A stretch of 64,000 nucleotides of DNA, taken from Rhodovibrionaceae bacterium (GTDB lineage Bacteria > Pseudomonadota > Alphaproteobacteria > Kiloniellales > DSM-21159). Position 1 is the stretch's first letter. The number at the start of each line of letters is the position of its first letter. Made by a program: the position numbers and the translations under genes. This document shows positions 10,179 to 18,694 of the stretch, piece by piece. The DNA is taken from contig JANQMX010000081.1 of the NCBI GenBank assembly GCA_028279885.1, positions 14,093 to 78,092 of the forward strand, in the 5' to 3' direction. Below the pieces are notes generated by a model that worked only from the letters and a program-made list of their open reading frames with translations, was not told the origin of the DNA and did not search any database.

Positions 10179-11746
10179 AGAGGCGGTTCGAAACGCGCCT
10201 GATTGGCAGGCGCGAGTTTCTCGGCCGCGCGGCCGCCATGGCGGCCATCGGCGGCATCTCCCCGCTGCTCGCTGCACAAAGCGCCGTCGCTCAGACACCT
10301 GTTCGCGGCGGACGGATGGTTCTGGGTTCGCGCCACGGCTCCACCAGCGACTCTCTCGACCCGGCGCTCCTGACGAATGGCCTCCAGTGGGCGATCGGCT
10401 TTGCGCGCAGCGCGACGCTGACCGAGATCGACGTCGATGGCCGGCCCGCGCCGTCTCTTGCGACCTCCTGGGAGGCCTCTCCTGATGCACGAACTTGGAC
10501 CTTCACGCTTAGAAGCGGCGTGGAGTTCCACAACGGCAAGTCTCTGACCCCCGAGGACGTGATCGCCTCCATCGCCTACCATCGCGGCGAAACCTCGAAG
10601 TCGTTCGTCAAGCCGTTTGCCGATCAGATCAAGGACATGCGAATAGACGGGCAAAGCGTGGTGCTGGAACTGACCGCCGGCAATGTCGACTTCCCTGCCT
10701 ATCTTGCCTCCGCCGGCTTTCTCATTCTGCCTTCGGAGGATGGCAAGCTTGTCGACCCAACCACTCCGATTGGCTGTGGGGGGTACACTCTCGACAGCTA
10801 TGAACCCGGCGTGCACGCCACGCTCACTCGAAATCGGAACTACTGGCGCGACGACCGTGCTTTCGTGGACGAGATCGAATTGCTGACCGTCGCCGACGCC
10901 GCAGCGCGCACCAGTGCCCTGATCACCGGCGAAGTTGATGCAATCGACCAGGTCGATTTGAAGACCATACATCTGCTGTCGAGAAATCGGGATCTGGTGA
11001 TCGATGAGATCTCCGGCCCCCTCCACTACACCTTTCCGATGCTGACACAGACCGCCCCGTTCGACGACGTCCACGTCCGGCTGGCTTTGAAGCATGCCAT
11101 TGACCGGCAGGAGATGCTTCAGAAGATCTTGAAGGGTCGCGGGACAATCGGAAACGATACGCCGATCGGGCCTTCCTACTCTTTCCATGCCGATGACATC
11201 GAGCAGACGGCCTTCGATCCCGATAAGGCCAAGTTCCACTTGAACAAAGCCGGTCTCAGCGAGCTGACCGTGGATCTGAGCGCTGCCGATGCGGCCTTCG
11301 CCGGCGCCGTAGACGCCGCGCAGCTGTTCCAGGAAACAGCGAAGCGGTCCAGCATCACCATCAACGTGAAGCGCGTGCCCAACGACGGCTACTGGTCGAA
11401 CATTTGGCTGAAGGAGCCCTTCTGCGCATGCTATTGGGGCGGTTACACGACCGAAAGCGAGATGTTCTCGACCGGCTATGCGCCTGGCGCGGCATGGAAC
11501 GACACCCAGTGGAATCACGAGCGATTCGAGAGGCTGCGTGTCGAGGCGCAATCCGAGCTGGACAACGAAAAGCGCGGAGAGATCTATCGTGACATGCAGC
11601 TGATTCTTCGCGACGAAGGCGGTGTCATCGTTCCCTTCTTTGCCAACCACGTCATGGGCCGCAATACCCGAATCCAGCACGGCCGCATCGGTGCCGACCG
11701 AGCCTTCGATGGAGCGCGGATCTGCGAGAGATGGTGGGTTGCGTAA
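10145..11746 (+). CDS. ABC transporter substrate-binding protein, family 5 (peptide/nickel/opine type), Tat signal
   Basis: The start is moved to the ATG at 10145 (MSEAKRE..). Twin-arginine motif GRREFLGRAAAMAA. Overall family-5 SBP look (..YTLDSYEPGVHATLTRNRNYW..). It overlaps the amidase 3' end by 34 nt. No cognate permease or ATPase genes are adjacent. Confidence 0.85.
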   Translation: MSEAKRELDALKRRFETRLIGRREFLGRAAAMAAIGGISPLLAAQSAVAQTPVRGGRMVLGSRHGSTSDSLDPALLTNGLQWAIGFARSATLTEIDVDGRPAPSLATSWEASPDARTWTFTLRSGVEFHNGKSLTPEDVIASIAYHRGETSKSFVKPFADQIKDMRIDGQSVVLELTAGNVDFPAYLASAGFLILPSEDGKLVDPTTPIGCGGYTLDSYEPGVHATLTRNRNYWRDDRAFVDEIELLTVADAAARTSALITGEVDAIDQVDLKTIHLLSRNRDLVIDEISGPLHYTFPMLTQTAPFDDVHVRLALKHAIDRQEMLQKILKGRGTIGNDTPIGPSYSFHADDIEQTAFDPDKAKFHLNKAGLSELTVDLSAADAAFAGAVDAAQLFQETAKRSSITINVKRVPNDGYWSNIWLKEPFCACYWGGYTTESEMFSTGYAPGAAWNDTQWNHERFERLRVEAQSELDNEKRGEIYRDMQLILRDEGGVIVPFFANHVMGRNTRIQHGRIGADRAFDGARICERWWVA

Positions 11747-11808
11747 TCGAGCCTGTCCGATAATACCTGTCTGACGCTTAGGGCGGACCACTTCGGTCCG
11801 CCCTTTGC
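11741..11808 (+). repeat. 68-nt intergenic element, copy B (includes the SBP Ala-stop codons and a terminator hairpin)
   Basis: GCGTAATCGAGCCTGTCCGATAATACCTGTCTGACGCTTAGGGCGGACCACTTCGGTCCGCCCTTTGC. Same orientation as copy A, with 3 mismatches. Confidence 0.85.
11781..11806 (+). terminator. GC-rich hairpin plus TTT between the convergent SBP and GNAT genes
   Basis: GGGCGGACC / ACTTC / GGTCCGCCC followed by TTT. Confidence 0.55.
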
Positions 11809-11825
11809 TTTTCCCACTCGTTCTA

Positions 11826-12506
11826 TCAGCCGAGCTTCGCTTTGAACTTGGTCATCCCGGGAAACTCGTTGTCGAAGTAAGCGGCGTGAAAGGTGACGTA
11901 GGGCTCGAAGTACTTTTCATAGAGCGCTCGTGCGGCGTCATTGCCATGAATGACCATGACGCCGAGGCTGGCAGCACCCAGCGCACGCGCGCGATCGAAG
12001 GCGGCCTGCATCAAGGCGTCACCCAGTCCATGTCCGCGATACTCCGGCGCGACGGCGACCGTCTCGAGGATCAGTTCGGCCTGAGGCTTCATGAACGAGG
12101 TGTCACCGCTCCAATCTTTCTTGTAACCCGCCAGAAATGCCGACTTTTGGTTGCCCGTCCATCCGAGAGCAGACGCCACCGTGTCGAGTTTGTCGAGGTT
12201 CAGCGGACCTTCGAGAGCCGTGTCGTTTCGCGGCCGGAACACCGCACAGGTTGCCGCTGCCTTCCCCTCCACTTCGAGGATGATGAAGTCGTCTATCGCG
12301 CCCCAGTTGGAGGCACCTTCCAAAAACATGCACTCAAGAAAGGCGACGACGGGCGTTCCCGTCGGCTCCAACCGTGGGTTCCAGAACGACGCACCGAACG
12401 GCGGCAAAGATGCCTCGTAGTCCATTCGGGCCAGAAAGGCGGCATCCGCAGGCGTTGCGGAGCGGACGGACGGCGTGGGCGTCGCTTGCATGCGCCGCTC
12501 CTCCAT
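11826..12506 (-). CDS. GNAT-family N-acetyltransferase
   Basis: 226 aa with an acetyl-CoA binding region VAVAPEYRGHGLGDALMQAAFDRARALG. Confidence 0.8.
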   Translation of the reverse strand: MEERRMQATPTPSVRSATPADAAFLARMDYEASLPPFGASFWNPRLEPTGTPVVAFLECMFLEGASNWGAIDDFIILEVEGKAAATCAVFRPRNDTALEGPLNLDKLDTVASALGWTGNQKSAFLAGYKKDWSGDTSFMKPQAELILETVAVAPEYRGHGLGDALMQAAFDRARALGAASLGVMVIHGNDAARALYEKYFEPYVTFHAAYFDNEFPGMTKFKAKLG

Positions 12507-12553
12507 TCTTCTTGCGAGTCGTATGGGAAGACTATCGTCCGCTGCGGGAGGCT

Positions 12554-13111
12554 TCAGGCTGCCGGCCGGACCGGCTCGTCTTCGACTGGAATGGCCTCGC
12601 TCTTCACAGGCACCTCAGATGTGCGGCGCACCTGCCGCTCTTCGCGTCGCTTAAGCCTGGGCCGCCAGACGCCTAAGACCACGTTGGCAATCGACAGCGC
12701 CAAGATGGCGCCGAGTGCGTACCACTCATAGGCAAGCGCGGCATCGAGGGCTTCGCGGGAGGCCTCGCCTCGCGCAATCTGCTCGGCCACCCCGGCCGCG
12801 TAGTTGGCCTTGGCGCCGACGATGGTCAGCACGCCCTTGAACATGAGGATGCCCGAGGCCGCCTTCACCCAGGCCCACCGCTTGTCCATGTACGGTCGGT
12901 GCACGACCATCGACAACAGGCCTGAGACGACCACGACCGCCAACGACGGCATGAGGACGTAGTCGCTGAGCTGCGAGATCGACCAGCGCAGGTCGGCGTA
13001 GGCCTCGGCCGTGTCTTGCCGCGCCTCGACGAGCAGAACCATGTAGACAAGCAGCCCGCCGATCAGCCCGCAGGCGGCCAGCGTGTGGAGGATTTTCACC
13101 GTCTTGCGCAT
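12554..13111 (-). CDS. integral membrane protein (DUF2269-like by eye)
   Basis: 185 aa with four hydrophobic helices (ILHTLAACGLIGGLLVYMVLLV, LMPSLAVVVVSGLLSMVV, AASGILMFKGVLTIVGA, ALGAILALSIANVVLGV) and a charged C-terminal tail. Confidence 0.55.
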   Translation of the reverse strand: MRKTVKILHTLAACGLIGGLLVYMVLLVEARQDTAEAYADLRWSISQLSDYVLMPSLAVVVVSGLLSMVVHRPYMDKRWAWVKAASGILMFKGVLTIVGAKANYAAGVAEQIARGEASREALDAALAYEWYALGAILALSIANVVLGVWRPRLKRREERQVRRTSEVPVKSEAIPVEDEPVRPAA

Positions 13112-13192
13112 GCGCTTGACCTCATCGTCTTCCGCCTTCCAAGGGGCGATGACACGTCGATTGCATAGATCTTATACCTAGCCGGATGTCGC

Positions 13193-13717
13193 TCAAAGGC
13201 CAGGCCTGTCCAAGACGTAGAGATGGTCGGGATAGTCGTAGCCTTCGAAAGTGATGGGCCGCGCATAGGACATGCCGAGCTTCTGTAGCACCCGGACCGA
13301 GGCGCTGTTGTGCGGATCGACGATGCCGATCAGGCGATCGACCCGGCCGGCTCGGAAGACGGCCTCGACAACAGCCTGCGCGGCCTCCGTGGCATAGCCC
13401 TTGCCCCAGCCTCGACGTGCCAGCCGAAAGCCAAGCTCCGCCTCGCGCGCGGCCGTTCGGCCCTCGTCCTGCGTCAGCCCGATATAGCCAATCGCCCGCT
13501 CGCTCTCCGTCGCGCTAATCGCCCAGCGACCGAAGTCCGGCGACAGGGAATAGGCTTTGACCTGCTCGCCGAGCCAGTCGGAGACCTGGACCTGGTTCAA
13601 GGGCCCAGAGTCACTGAATCGCATGACCTCCGCATCGCCGAGCACCTCGGCCATGGCCGGCGCATCACCCTCCACAAAGGGCCGAATGTTTAGGCGGACG
13701 GTTGATAAGACGAGCAT
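13193..13717 (-). CDS. GNAT-family N-acetyltransferase (RimJ/RimL-like)
   Basis: The start is moved to the ATG at 13717 (MLVLSTVRLNIRPFVEGDAPAM..). Motif FRLARRGWGKGYATEAAQAVVEAVF. The track's 314-aa version adds an Arg/Pro-rich extension that does not look coding. Confidence 0.85.
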   Translation of the reverse strand: MLVLSTVRLNIRPFVEGDAPAMAEVLGDAEVMRFSDSGPLNQVQVSDWLGEQVKAYSLSPDFGRWAISATESERAIGYIGLTQDEGRTAAREAELGFRLARRGWGKGYATEAAQAVVEAVFRAGRVDRLIGIVDPHNSASVRVLQKLGMSYARPITFEGYDYPDHLYVLDRPGL

Positions 13718-13842
13718 TCTGGACTGTCCGTGACCTTGCTTTGCTCGCGTGCGATACAGCCAGCTGAGCATTCTGACAATCGTCCCCGTTATGCCTCGTC
13801 GCCCTGCTGCGAAGCATCGAAATCCATGAGACGCAACGACCG

Positions 13843-14304
13843 ATGACCGTGACAATACGGCCTTACCAAGCGGCCGACTGGGCCAGGCTCTGCGAAATCC
13901 ACGACGCGGCACGATTGGATGAGCTTGGACAAACCGTCGGCAAGGATGCCTTTCTGACTCTGGAGCAAACGGCTGAGAACGAAGGCCTGTTCGACAACCA
14001 GCTCTTCGTCGCTGACGTCGATCAAAGGGTACAGGGCTTCGTCGCCTATAGCGAAGAAGAGCTCGCTTGGCTCTACGTCGACCCGCCCTTCTATCGAAGG
14101 GGCGTGGGACGGGCTTTGCTGCAACACGCCGTCGCACAGGCAGGCCCGGACATGATGATCGAGGTTCTCGAGGGCAATGCCCCGGCGCTGGGGCTTTATC
14201 ATTCCGAAGGATTCAGGGTCACCGAACGCATCGAAGGCAAGCTCGCGGGCAACGAGAGCCACGCCGCCGTCGGCTTTGTTCTCAAGAGAGTCAGTGAACG
14301 ATAA
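13843..14304 (+). CDS. GNAT-family N-acetyltransferase
   Basis: 153 aa with LYVDPPFYRRGVGRALLQHAV (the Q/RxxGxG/A acetyl-CoA motif). Confidence 0.85.
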   Translation: MTVTIRPYQAADWARLCEIHDAARLDELGQTVGKDAFLTLEQTAENEGLFDNQLFVADVDQRVQGFVAYSEEELAWLYVDPPFYRRGVGRALLQHAVAQAGPDMMIEVLEGNAPALGLYHSEGFRVTERIEGKLAGNESHAAVGFVLKRVSER

Positions 14305-14327
14305 AGCGCGGCAACGCCAAATCTCCC

Positions 14328-14356
14328 TCAAAACACCGCGTGGTCGCCGAGGTCGA
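14328..14356. repeat. 29-bp perfect direct repeat, copy 1
   Basis: tcaaaacaccgcgtggtcgccgaggtcga, identical to 14930-14958. Confidence 0.9.
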
Positions 14357-14402
14357 TTGAGGCAACGCTCTTGAAAAGACGATGGCGCATCGCTCGAAAT
14401 TC
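14328..14402 (-). pseudogene. relic 3' end of a paralogue of the NAD(P)-binding gene at 14930-15946
   Basis: Minus-strand translation ends ..RHRLFKSVASIDLGDHAVF*. The intact gene ends ..YERVIKGEATVDLGDHAVF*. Similarity decays upstream and there is no intact ORF in that frame. Confidence 0.45.
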
Positions 14403-14568
14403 GCCGTGAGCTTGCCACAGCTCGTCCGCTTGCCTCGGCGACCGAGAGTTTCTTAGTTCAAGCAGGTGGCAATCAAAGCAAGGTTAGGTCGATCACCGGA
14501 GACATGGTAAGCGCATATGCGTTCCCAAAGCGCCACCTTTGCGTCCCCAACCACAAGGAAATCACGGC

Positions 14569-14811
14569 ATGATCGACGAAGACCGCATCGATGACGCGGT
14601 TCTCGCTCTCCTGTACCTCGGACTGCACAACCGCGTATGCACTTGGAAGGGCTTCGATTGGGAAGCCATGAACCGGCTGCACGAAAAAGGCCTCATCTCC
14701 AACCCGGTCGGCAAGGCCAAGTCGGTCGTATTCAGCGAGGAAGGGCTGAGCCGCTCGAAAGAGCTTTTTCACCAGCTCTTCGATAGTGAGTCGGAGGGCA
14801 CTCGGGAATGA
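14569..14811 (+). CDS. small conserved hypothetical protein (DUF6429-like by eye)
   Basis: 80 aa from the ATG at 14569: MIDEDRIDDAVLALLYLGLHNRVCTWKGFDWEAMNRLHEKGLISNPVGKAKSVVFSEEGL. A 10-bp palindrome CGCATATGCG (14512-14521) lies upstream. Confidence 0.6.
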   Translation: MIDEDRIDDAVLALLYLGLHNRVCTWKGFDWEAMNRLHEKGLISNPVGKAKSVVFSEEGLSRSKELFHQLFDSESEGTRE

Positions 14812-14929
14812 GCAAGTACCAGTAGTATGAATTCCAAACGCTGGACCGCCCGCTTGGCCAAAGCGAGCAGGCGGAGCTACGTGCCGTCTCAACGCCAGCG
14901 GGGACCACGTCTGTCCATGCTCCTGTCGA

Positions 14930-14958
14930 TCAAAACACCGCGTGGTCGCCGAGGTCGA
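14930..14958. repeat. 29-bp perfect direct repeat, copy 2 (the 3' end of the NAD(P)-binding gene)
   Basis: Identical to 14328-14356. Confidence 0.9.
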
Positions 14959-15946
14959 CTGTGGCCTCGCCCTTGATGACGCGTTCGTAGAAGTCGAATA
15001 GGGTCTCCGAGCCGTAGGACGGCGTAGCGGCGGCGTCATAGCGCCCGGTAGCGGGGTCCAGCAGCAGCATGGACTCGGTGGCGTAGTAGCGGCCGATGCG
15101 GGCCAGCTCGGCCTTCTCCGCCAGAGGCGGCGCGACCCGACCGAGGGTTCCCAGCGTCCAAATGATGCCGTCCATGAGCTTCACCGGCACCTGCTTGAAG
15201 CGCGGCGTCTTACCCAACAGCGCGAAGATGCGCTCGCCCTGCTCTCTCGGCGTGATCGCCTCCCCTGGCCCGCCGATGGGGAGGATGCGGTTGTGGCGGC
15301 TTTTGTCATCCAGGCAGTCGACAAGGTAGTTCGCCAAATCCCAGTCGCTGATCGGCTTGCAGGCGGTCAGCTTTCCGTCCCCGAAGACCAGGAAGGGCTT
15401 GCCCCGCTGCACCCGAGCGATCTGACCGGAGAGCGACTTGAAGAAGGCAGTGGGCCGGACGATGGAATAGCTCAGGCCGGACTCGATCAGCGCCGCCTCG
15501 AAGGCCAGCTTGGCGTGCTGGAAGGCGAGCAGCGGCTTCTGCACGCAGATGGCCGAGAGCAGCACCATCTGCGGGACGCCGGCCTCTTTCGCCGCCGTCA
15601 GGGCGTCGACGTGCGCCTGGTAGTCGATCGCCCAGGCATCTTTGGGCGCGCCGGTTCGCGAGGCAAGACAGGAGATCAGAGCGTCAAAGCGCTCACCCTG
15701 GAAACCGTCCCGCGCGAGGGATGCCGGGTCGGTCACCTGGCCGAAGCGCAGGTTGGCCCCTTCGAGAAACTCGGGACCCTGCTCCCTCCCTGACCGAGGC
15801 CGCAGGAAGCAAACCACCTCGTGCCCGCGCGCAAGCAAGGCCTGCACCGTCGCCCGCCCAATGGTACCGGTGCCACCGAGGACAAACACCCGCCGCGGGC
15901 CGACGGATGGCTCGGCCTTCACCTCTGTTGCTTCGTCCGTCATCAA
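14930..15946 (-). CDS. NAD(P)H-binding protein, atypical SDR/NmrA-like (divinyl-reductase-like family)
   Basis: 338 aa with Rossmann motif VFVLGGTGTIGRATVQALLARGHEV. Confidence 0.8.
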   Translation of the reverse strand: MMTDEATEVKAEPSVGPRRVFVLGGTGTIGRATVQALLARGHEVVCFLRPRSGREQGPEFLEGANLRFGQVTDPASLARDGFQGERFDALISCLASRTGAPKDAWAIDYQAHVDALTAAKEAGVPQMVLLSAICVQKPLLAFQHAKLAFEAALIESGLSYSIVRPTAFFKSLSGQIARVQRGKPFLVFGDGKLTACKPISDWDLANYLVDCLDDKSRHNRILPIGGPGEAITPREQGERIFALLGKTPRFKQVPVKLMDGIIWTLGTLGRVAPPLAEKAELARIGRYYATESMLLLDPATGRYDAAATPSYGSETLFDFYERVIKGEATVDLGDHAVF

Positions 15947-16010
15947 GGGTCGAGATACTGGAACGAAGCCTGTCTGTCACCGGCGGACGAAGTTCATCGC
16001 CTCAGCGTCT

Positions 16011-16970
16011 TCAACGAGCGAGGCGGCGCGTTGCGAGGGCCGCATGCAGGTTGGCGGCCATCTTCAAGCCGGAGAGTTGTTCCCTGCTGCGCTTGGTCTC
16101 GGCGCCGAGTGACGGGGGCTCCTCCATGCCCTGCGCCAGCCTCTTCTTGCGGGCAATCGCCTTTGCGGTCAGCAGCGCCACGCTAAACAGCAAGCCCTGA
16201 ATGACCACGATCAAGGGCGCCGTGGCCGTATCGAGATGGTAGCTGAGGATCACGCCGGCAAAGCAGGAGAAGACCGCCGCGCCGACGGCAACCGCCAGCA
16301 TGCGGTCGAAGGACTTGGCCAGCAGAAAGCCGATGGCGCCCGGCGCAATGAGCATGGCGATCACCAGGATGATACCCACCGCCTTCAAGGCAGCGACGAT
16401 GGTGAGCGCCAGCAGGATCAGCAGCCCGAACTGCAGGACGCGGACCGGCAGCCCGACGACCTTGGCATGCACCGGGTCGAAGGTGTGAAGCAGCAAGTCG
16501 CGCCGCTTCGCCAGCATGACCAGAGTGCTGCCGACGGCGATCAGGCTGGCTTCGAGCATGTCGCCGGGTGAGATGCCCAGGACATTGCCGAAGAGCACGT
16601 GGAGCAGATGCACGTCGGTCTCGATCTTCGTGAAGCCGACCAGGCCGAGGCCGAACATGCCGGAGAAGACGATACCCATCACGGCATCTTCTTTGACGCG
16701 GCTGTTCTCCTTCAGATAGCCGACCGCCACCGAGCAGAGAAGGCCACTGAAGAACGCCCCGATGGCGAGCGGAATGGCCAGCAGATGGGCCAGAACCAAG
16801 CCCGGCAGCACAGCGTGCGAGACGGCGTCTCCCATGAGGGACCAGCCCTTCAGGATGAGAAAGCAGGAGAAGACCGCGCAGGCGACACCGACCAGGAGGG
16901 TCATCAAGAGGGCCCGGCGCATGAACTCATGGCCAAGCGGTTCGGCCAGAAGAGAGATCAGGGCGTCCAT
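16011..16970 (-). CDS. sitD: Mn/Fe chelate ABC transporter permease
   Basis: The start is moved to the ATG at 16970, an ATGA overlap with the sitC stop (MDALISLLAEPLGHEFMRRALL..). Typical ABC-3 permease. It carries a charged C-terminal tail of about 35 aa. Confidence 0.85.
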   Translation of the reverse strand: MDALISLLAEPLGHEFMRRALLMTLLVGVACAVFSCFLILKGWSLMGDAVSHAVLPGLVLAHLLAIPLAIGAFFSGLLCSVAVGYLKENSRVKEDAVMGIVFSGMFGLGLVGFTKIETDVHLLHVLFGNVLGISPGDMLEASLIAVGSTLVMLAKRRDLLLHTFDPVHAKVVGLPVRVLQFGLLILLALTIVAALKAVGIILVIAMLIAPGAIGFLLAKSFDRMLAVAVGAAVFSCFAGVILSYHLDTATAPLIVVIQGLLFSVALLTAKAIARKKRLAQGMEEPPSLGAETKRSREQLSGLKMAANLHAALATRRLAR

Positions 16971-17827
16971 CAGATCGTCACCCTCTCGGCGCGGATAGCG
17001 CGCTTCTGCGAAACGAGCCCGTGTTTCGGTGCGAAGAGAAAGGCCAGCAGGAACAGGGCTGTTTGCAGGCTGACGATCAGCCCGCCGGGCGACACATCGA
17101 GGAAATAGCTGGCATAGGCCCCAAGGCCGCTGGTGCCGGCGCCCAACAGGACCGACAGCACGACCAGCTTTCCGAAGCGATCCGTCAGCAGATAGGCGGT
17201 GGCACCCGGCGTGATCAGCATGCCGATGACCAGAATGGCGCCCACGGTCTGCAGCGCCGCCACGGCCGCGGCACTCAGCAAGGTGAAGAAGAGGATCTTC
17301 AGCAGGTTGACCGAGAGGCCGATGCTGCGCGCGTGGACCTCGTCGAAAAACAGCGCCGCCAGATCCTTCCACTTCAAGCCGAGCACCAGGAAGCAGACAA
17401 CAGAGATGATGACGACCTGAAAGGTATCTTCGCCGGAGATCGCCAGGATGTTGCCGAGGACGATGGTCTGGATGTCCACAGCCGTCGGATTAACCGAGGC
17501 GATCAGCAAACCCACGGCGAAGAAGGTCGTGAACACCAGCCCGATGACGGCATCCTCGCGAAGCTTCGTCGCGCTCTTCACGAGCGCCATGCTCAAGGTC
17601 GCCAGCATCCCAGCGAAGAAGGCGCCGATGGCATAGGGCAAGGCCAAGAGATAGGCCAAGGCAACGCCCGGCACGACGGAATGGGCGAGCGCATCACCCA
17701 TCAACGACCAGCCTTTCAGCATCAGATAGGCCGACAAGAACGCGCAGAGGCCGCCGACCAAGGCCGAGACCCAGATGGCGTTGGTCATGTAGCTGTAGGA
17801 GAAGGGCTCGAGCAACAGGCTCAGCAT
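16970..17827 (-). CDS. sitC: Mn/Fe chelate ABC transporter permease
   Basis: 285 aa, paralogous to sitD (MLKGWSLMGDALAHSVVPGVALAYLL). ATGA overlap with the sitB stop. Confidence 0.9.
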   Translation of the reverse strand: MLSLLLEPFSYSYMTNAIWVSALVGGLCAFLSAYLMLKGWSLMGDALAHSVVPGVALAYLLALPYAIGAFFAGMLATLSMALVKSATKLREDAVIGLVFTTFFAVGLLIASVNPTAVDIQTIVLGNILAISGEDTFQVVIISVVCFLVLGLKWKDLAALFFDEVHARSIGLSVNLLKILFFTLLSAAAVAALQTVGAILVIGMLITPGATAYLLTDRFGKLVVLSVLLGAGTSGLGAYASYFLDVSPGGLIVSLQTALFLLAFLFAPKHGLVSQKRAIRAERVTI

Positions 17828-18690
17828 CAGCCCCTGCCCCCGATCACGATCTTCTCGCCGCCCTTTGCGCCGTAGAGCACAAGCGGACGCTCGTCGTCGG
17901 TCAGCACCGTCAACGCGCGTTCGTCCGGGTCCTGATGCAGCGCCTGACCGCCGAGGGTGACATCGCGCAGCATGCCGCCGAAGGCGCGCAAGAGGTTCTC
18001 CTGCGTCAGAGTCGTCGCGACCGGCCCGGCCGCGAGCACCGATCTGTCGATCAGGATCGCCTCGTCGCAGAAGCTCGGGACACTGCCAAGGTTGTGGGTC
18101 GAAACGAGAATGAGCCGGCCTTCCCGGGCGAGCCCGCGCAGCAGCTGAGCCAGGGACTCCTCCGTCTTGATGTCGACGCCGGCAAAGGGCTCGTCCAGCA
18201 ACAGGATTTGCCCCTGCTGCGCCAAGGCGCGCGCGACGAAGACCCGCTTCTTCTGGCCGCCGCTCAGCTCCCCGATCTGGCGCTTGGCGAAGCCCGCCAT
18301 GTCCACGCGCTGCAAGGCCTCCTGGACGACCTCCTTGTCCCGCTGGCTCGGAATGCGAAGAAAGCCCATATGGCCGTAGCGGCCCGTCATCACGACGTCC
18401 TCGACCAGGACCGGGAAGTTCCAGTCGACGTCTTCGGTCTGCGGGACATAAGACACAAGGTTTTGACGCAAGGCGTCTCGAACCGAACGGCCGGCGATCG
18501 TCACCTGACCGGCCGTCGGCTTGACCATGCCCATGATGCTCTTGAACAAGGTCGACTTACCGGCCCCATTTGCCCCGATCAGGCCGTAGATCGTGCCTTC
18601 GCGCAGCGTCAGGCTGACATCGTCGAGCGCCGACTTGCCGTTCGGATAGGTGACGCTGATTTGTGAGAGCTCGATGCTGCAGTCGGCCAT
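17827..18690 (-). CDS. sitB: Mn/Fe ABC transporter ATP-binding protein
   Basis: Walker A GANGAGKST, signature LSGGQKKR and Walker B ILLLDEP. Confidence 0.92.
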   Translation of the reverse strand: MADCSIELSQISVTYPNGKSALDDVSLTLREGTIYGLIGANGAGKSTLFKSIMGMVKPTAGQVTIAGRSVRDALRQNLVSYVPQTEDVDWNFPVLVEDVVMTGRYGHMGFLRIPSQRDKEVVQEALQRVDMAGFAKRQIGELSGGQKKRVFVARALAQQGQILLLDEPFAGVDIKTEESLAQLLRGLAREGRLILVSTHNLGSVPSFCDEAILIDRSVLAAGPVATTLTQENLLRAFGGMLRDVTLGGQALHQDPDERALTVLTDDERPLVLYGAKGGEKIVIGGRG

Positions 18691-18694
18691 GGAT

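Noticed and set aside
10175-11791. 538-aa minus-strand ORF antisense to the family-5 SBP. The same applies to 46982-48535 (517 aa, antisense to the TRAP large permease), 567-1793 (408 aa, antisense to the hydrolase) and 48357-49544.
   Set aside because: These are shadow ORFs of well-supported genes on the opposite strand. They have no recognisable domains and a biased composition.
13718-14137. N-terminal extension of the GNAT ORF as given by the track (314 aa). Similar long extensions occur at 16971-17372 (sitD), 53842-54594 (SBP), 53294-53680 (permease), 19649-19765 (sitA) and 20821-21006 (SDR).
   Set aside because: The extensions are Arg/Pro/Gly-rich, overlap neighbouring genes or promoters, and precede internal ATGs. 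Those ATGs give canonical family N-termini, signal peptides or start/stop coupling.
13843-14811. GNAT (13843-14304) plus the DUF6429-like small protein as a GNAT-type toxin-antitoxin pair
   Set aside because: The genes are 264 nt apart and separated by the gene-end relic. Known GNAT toxins have an upstream RHH/DUF1778 antitoxin with overlapping or abutting ORFs. There is no such arrangement here.
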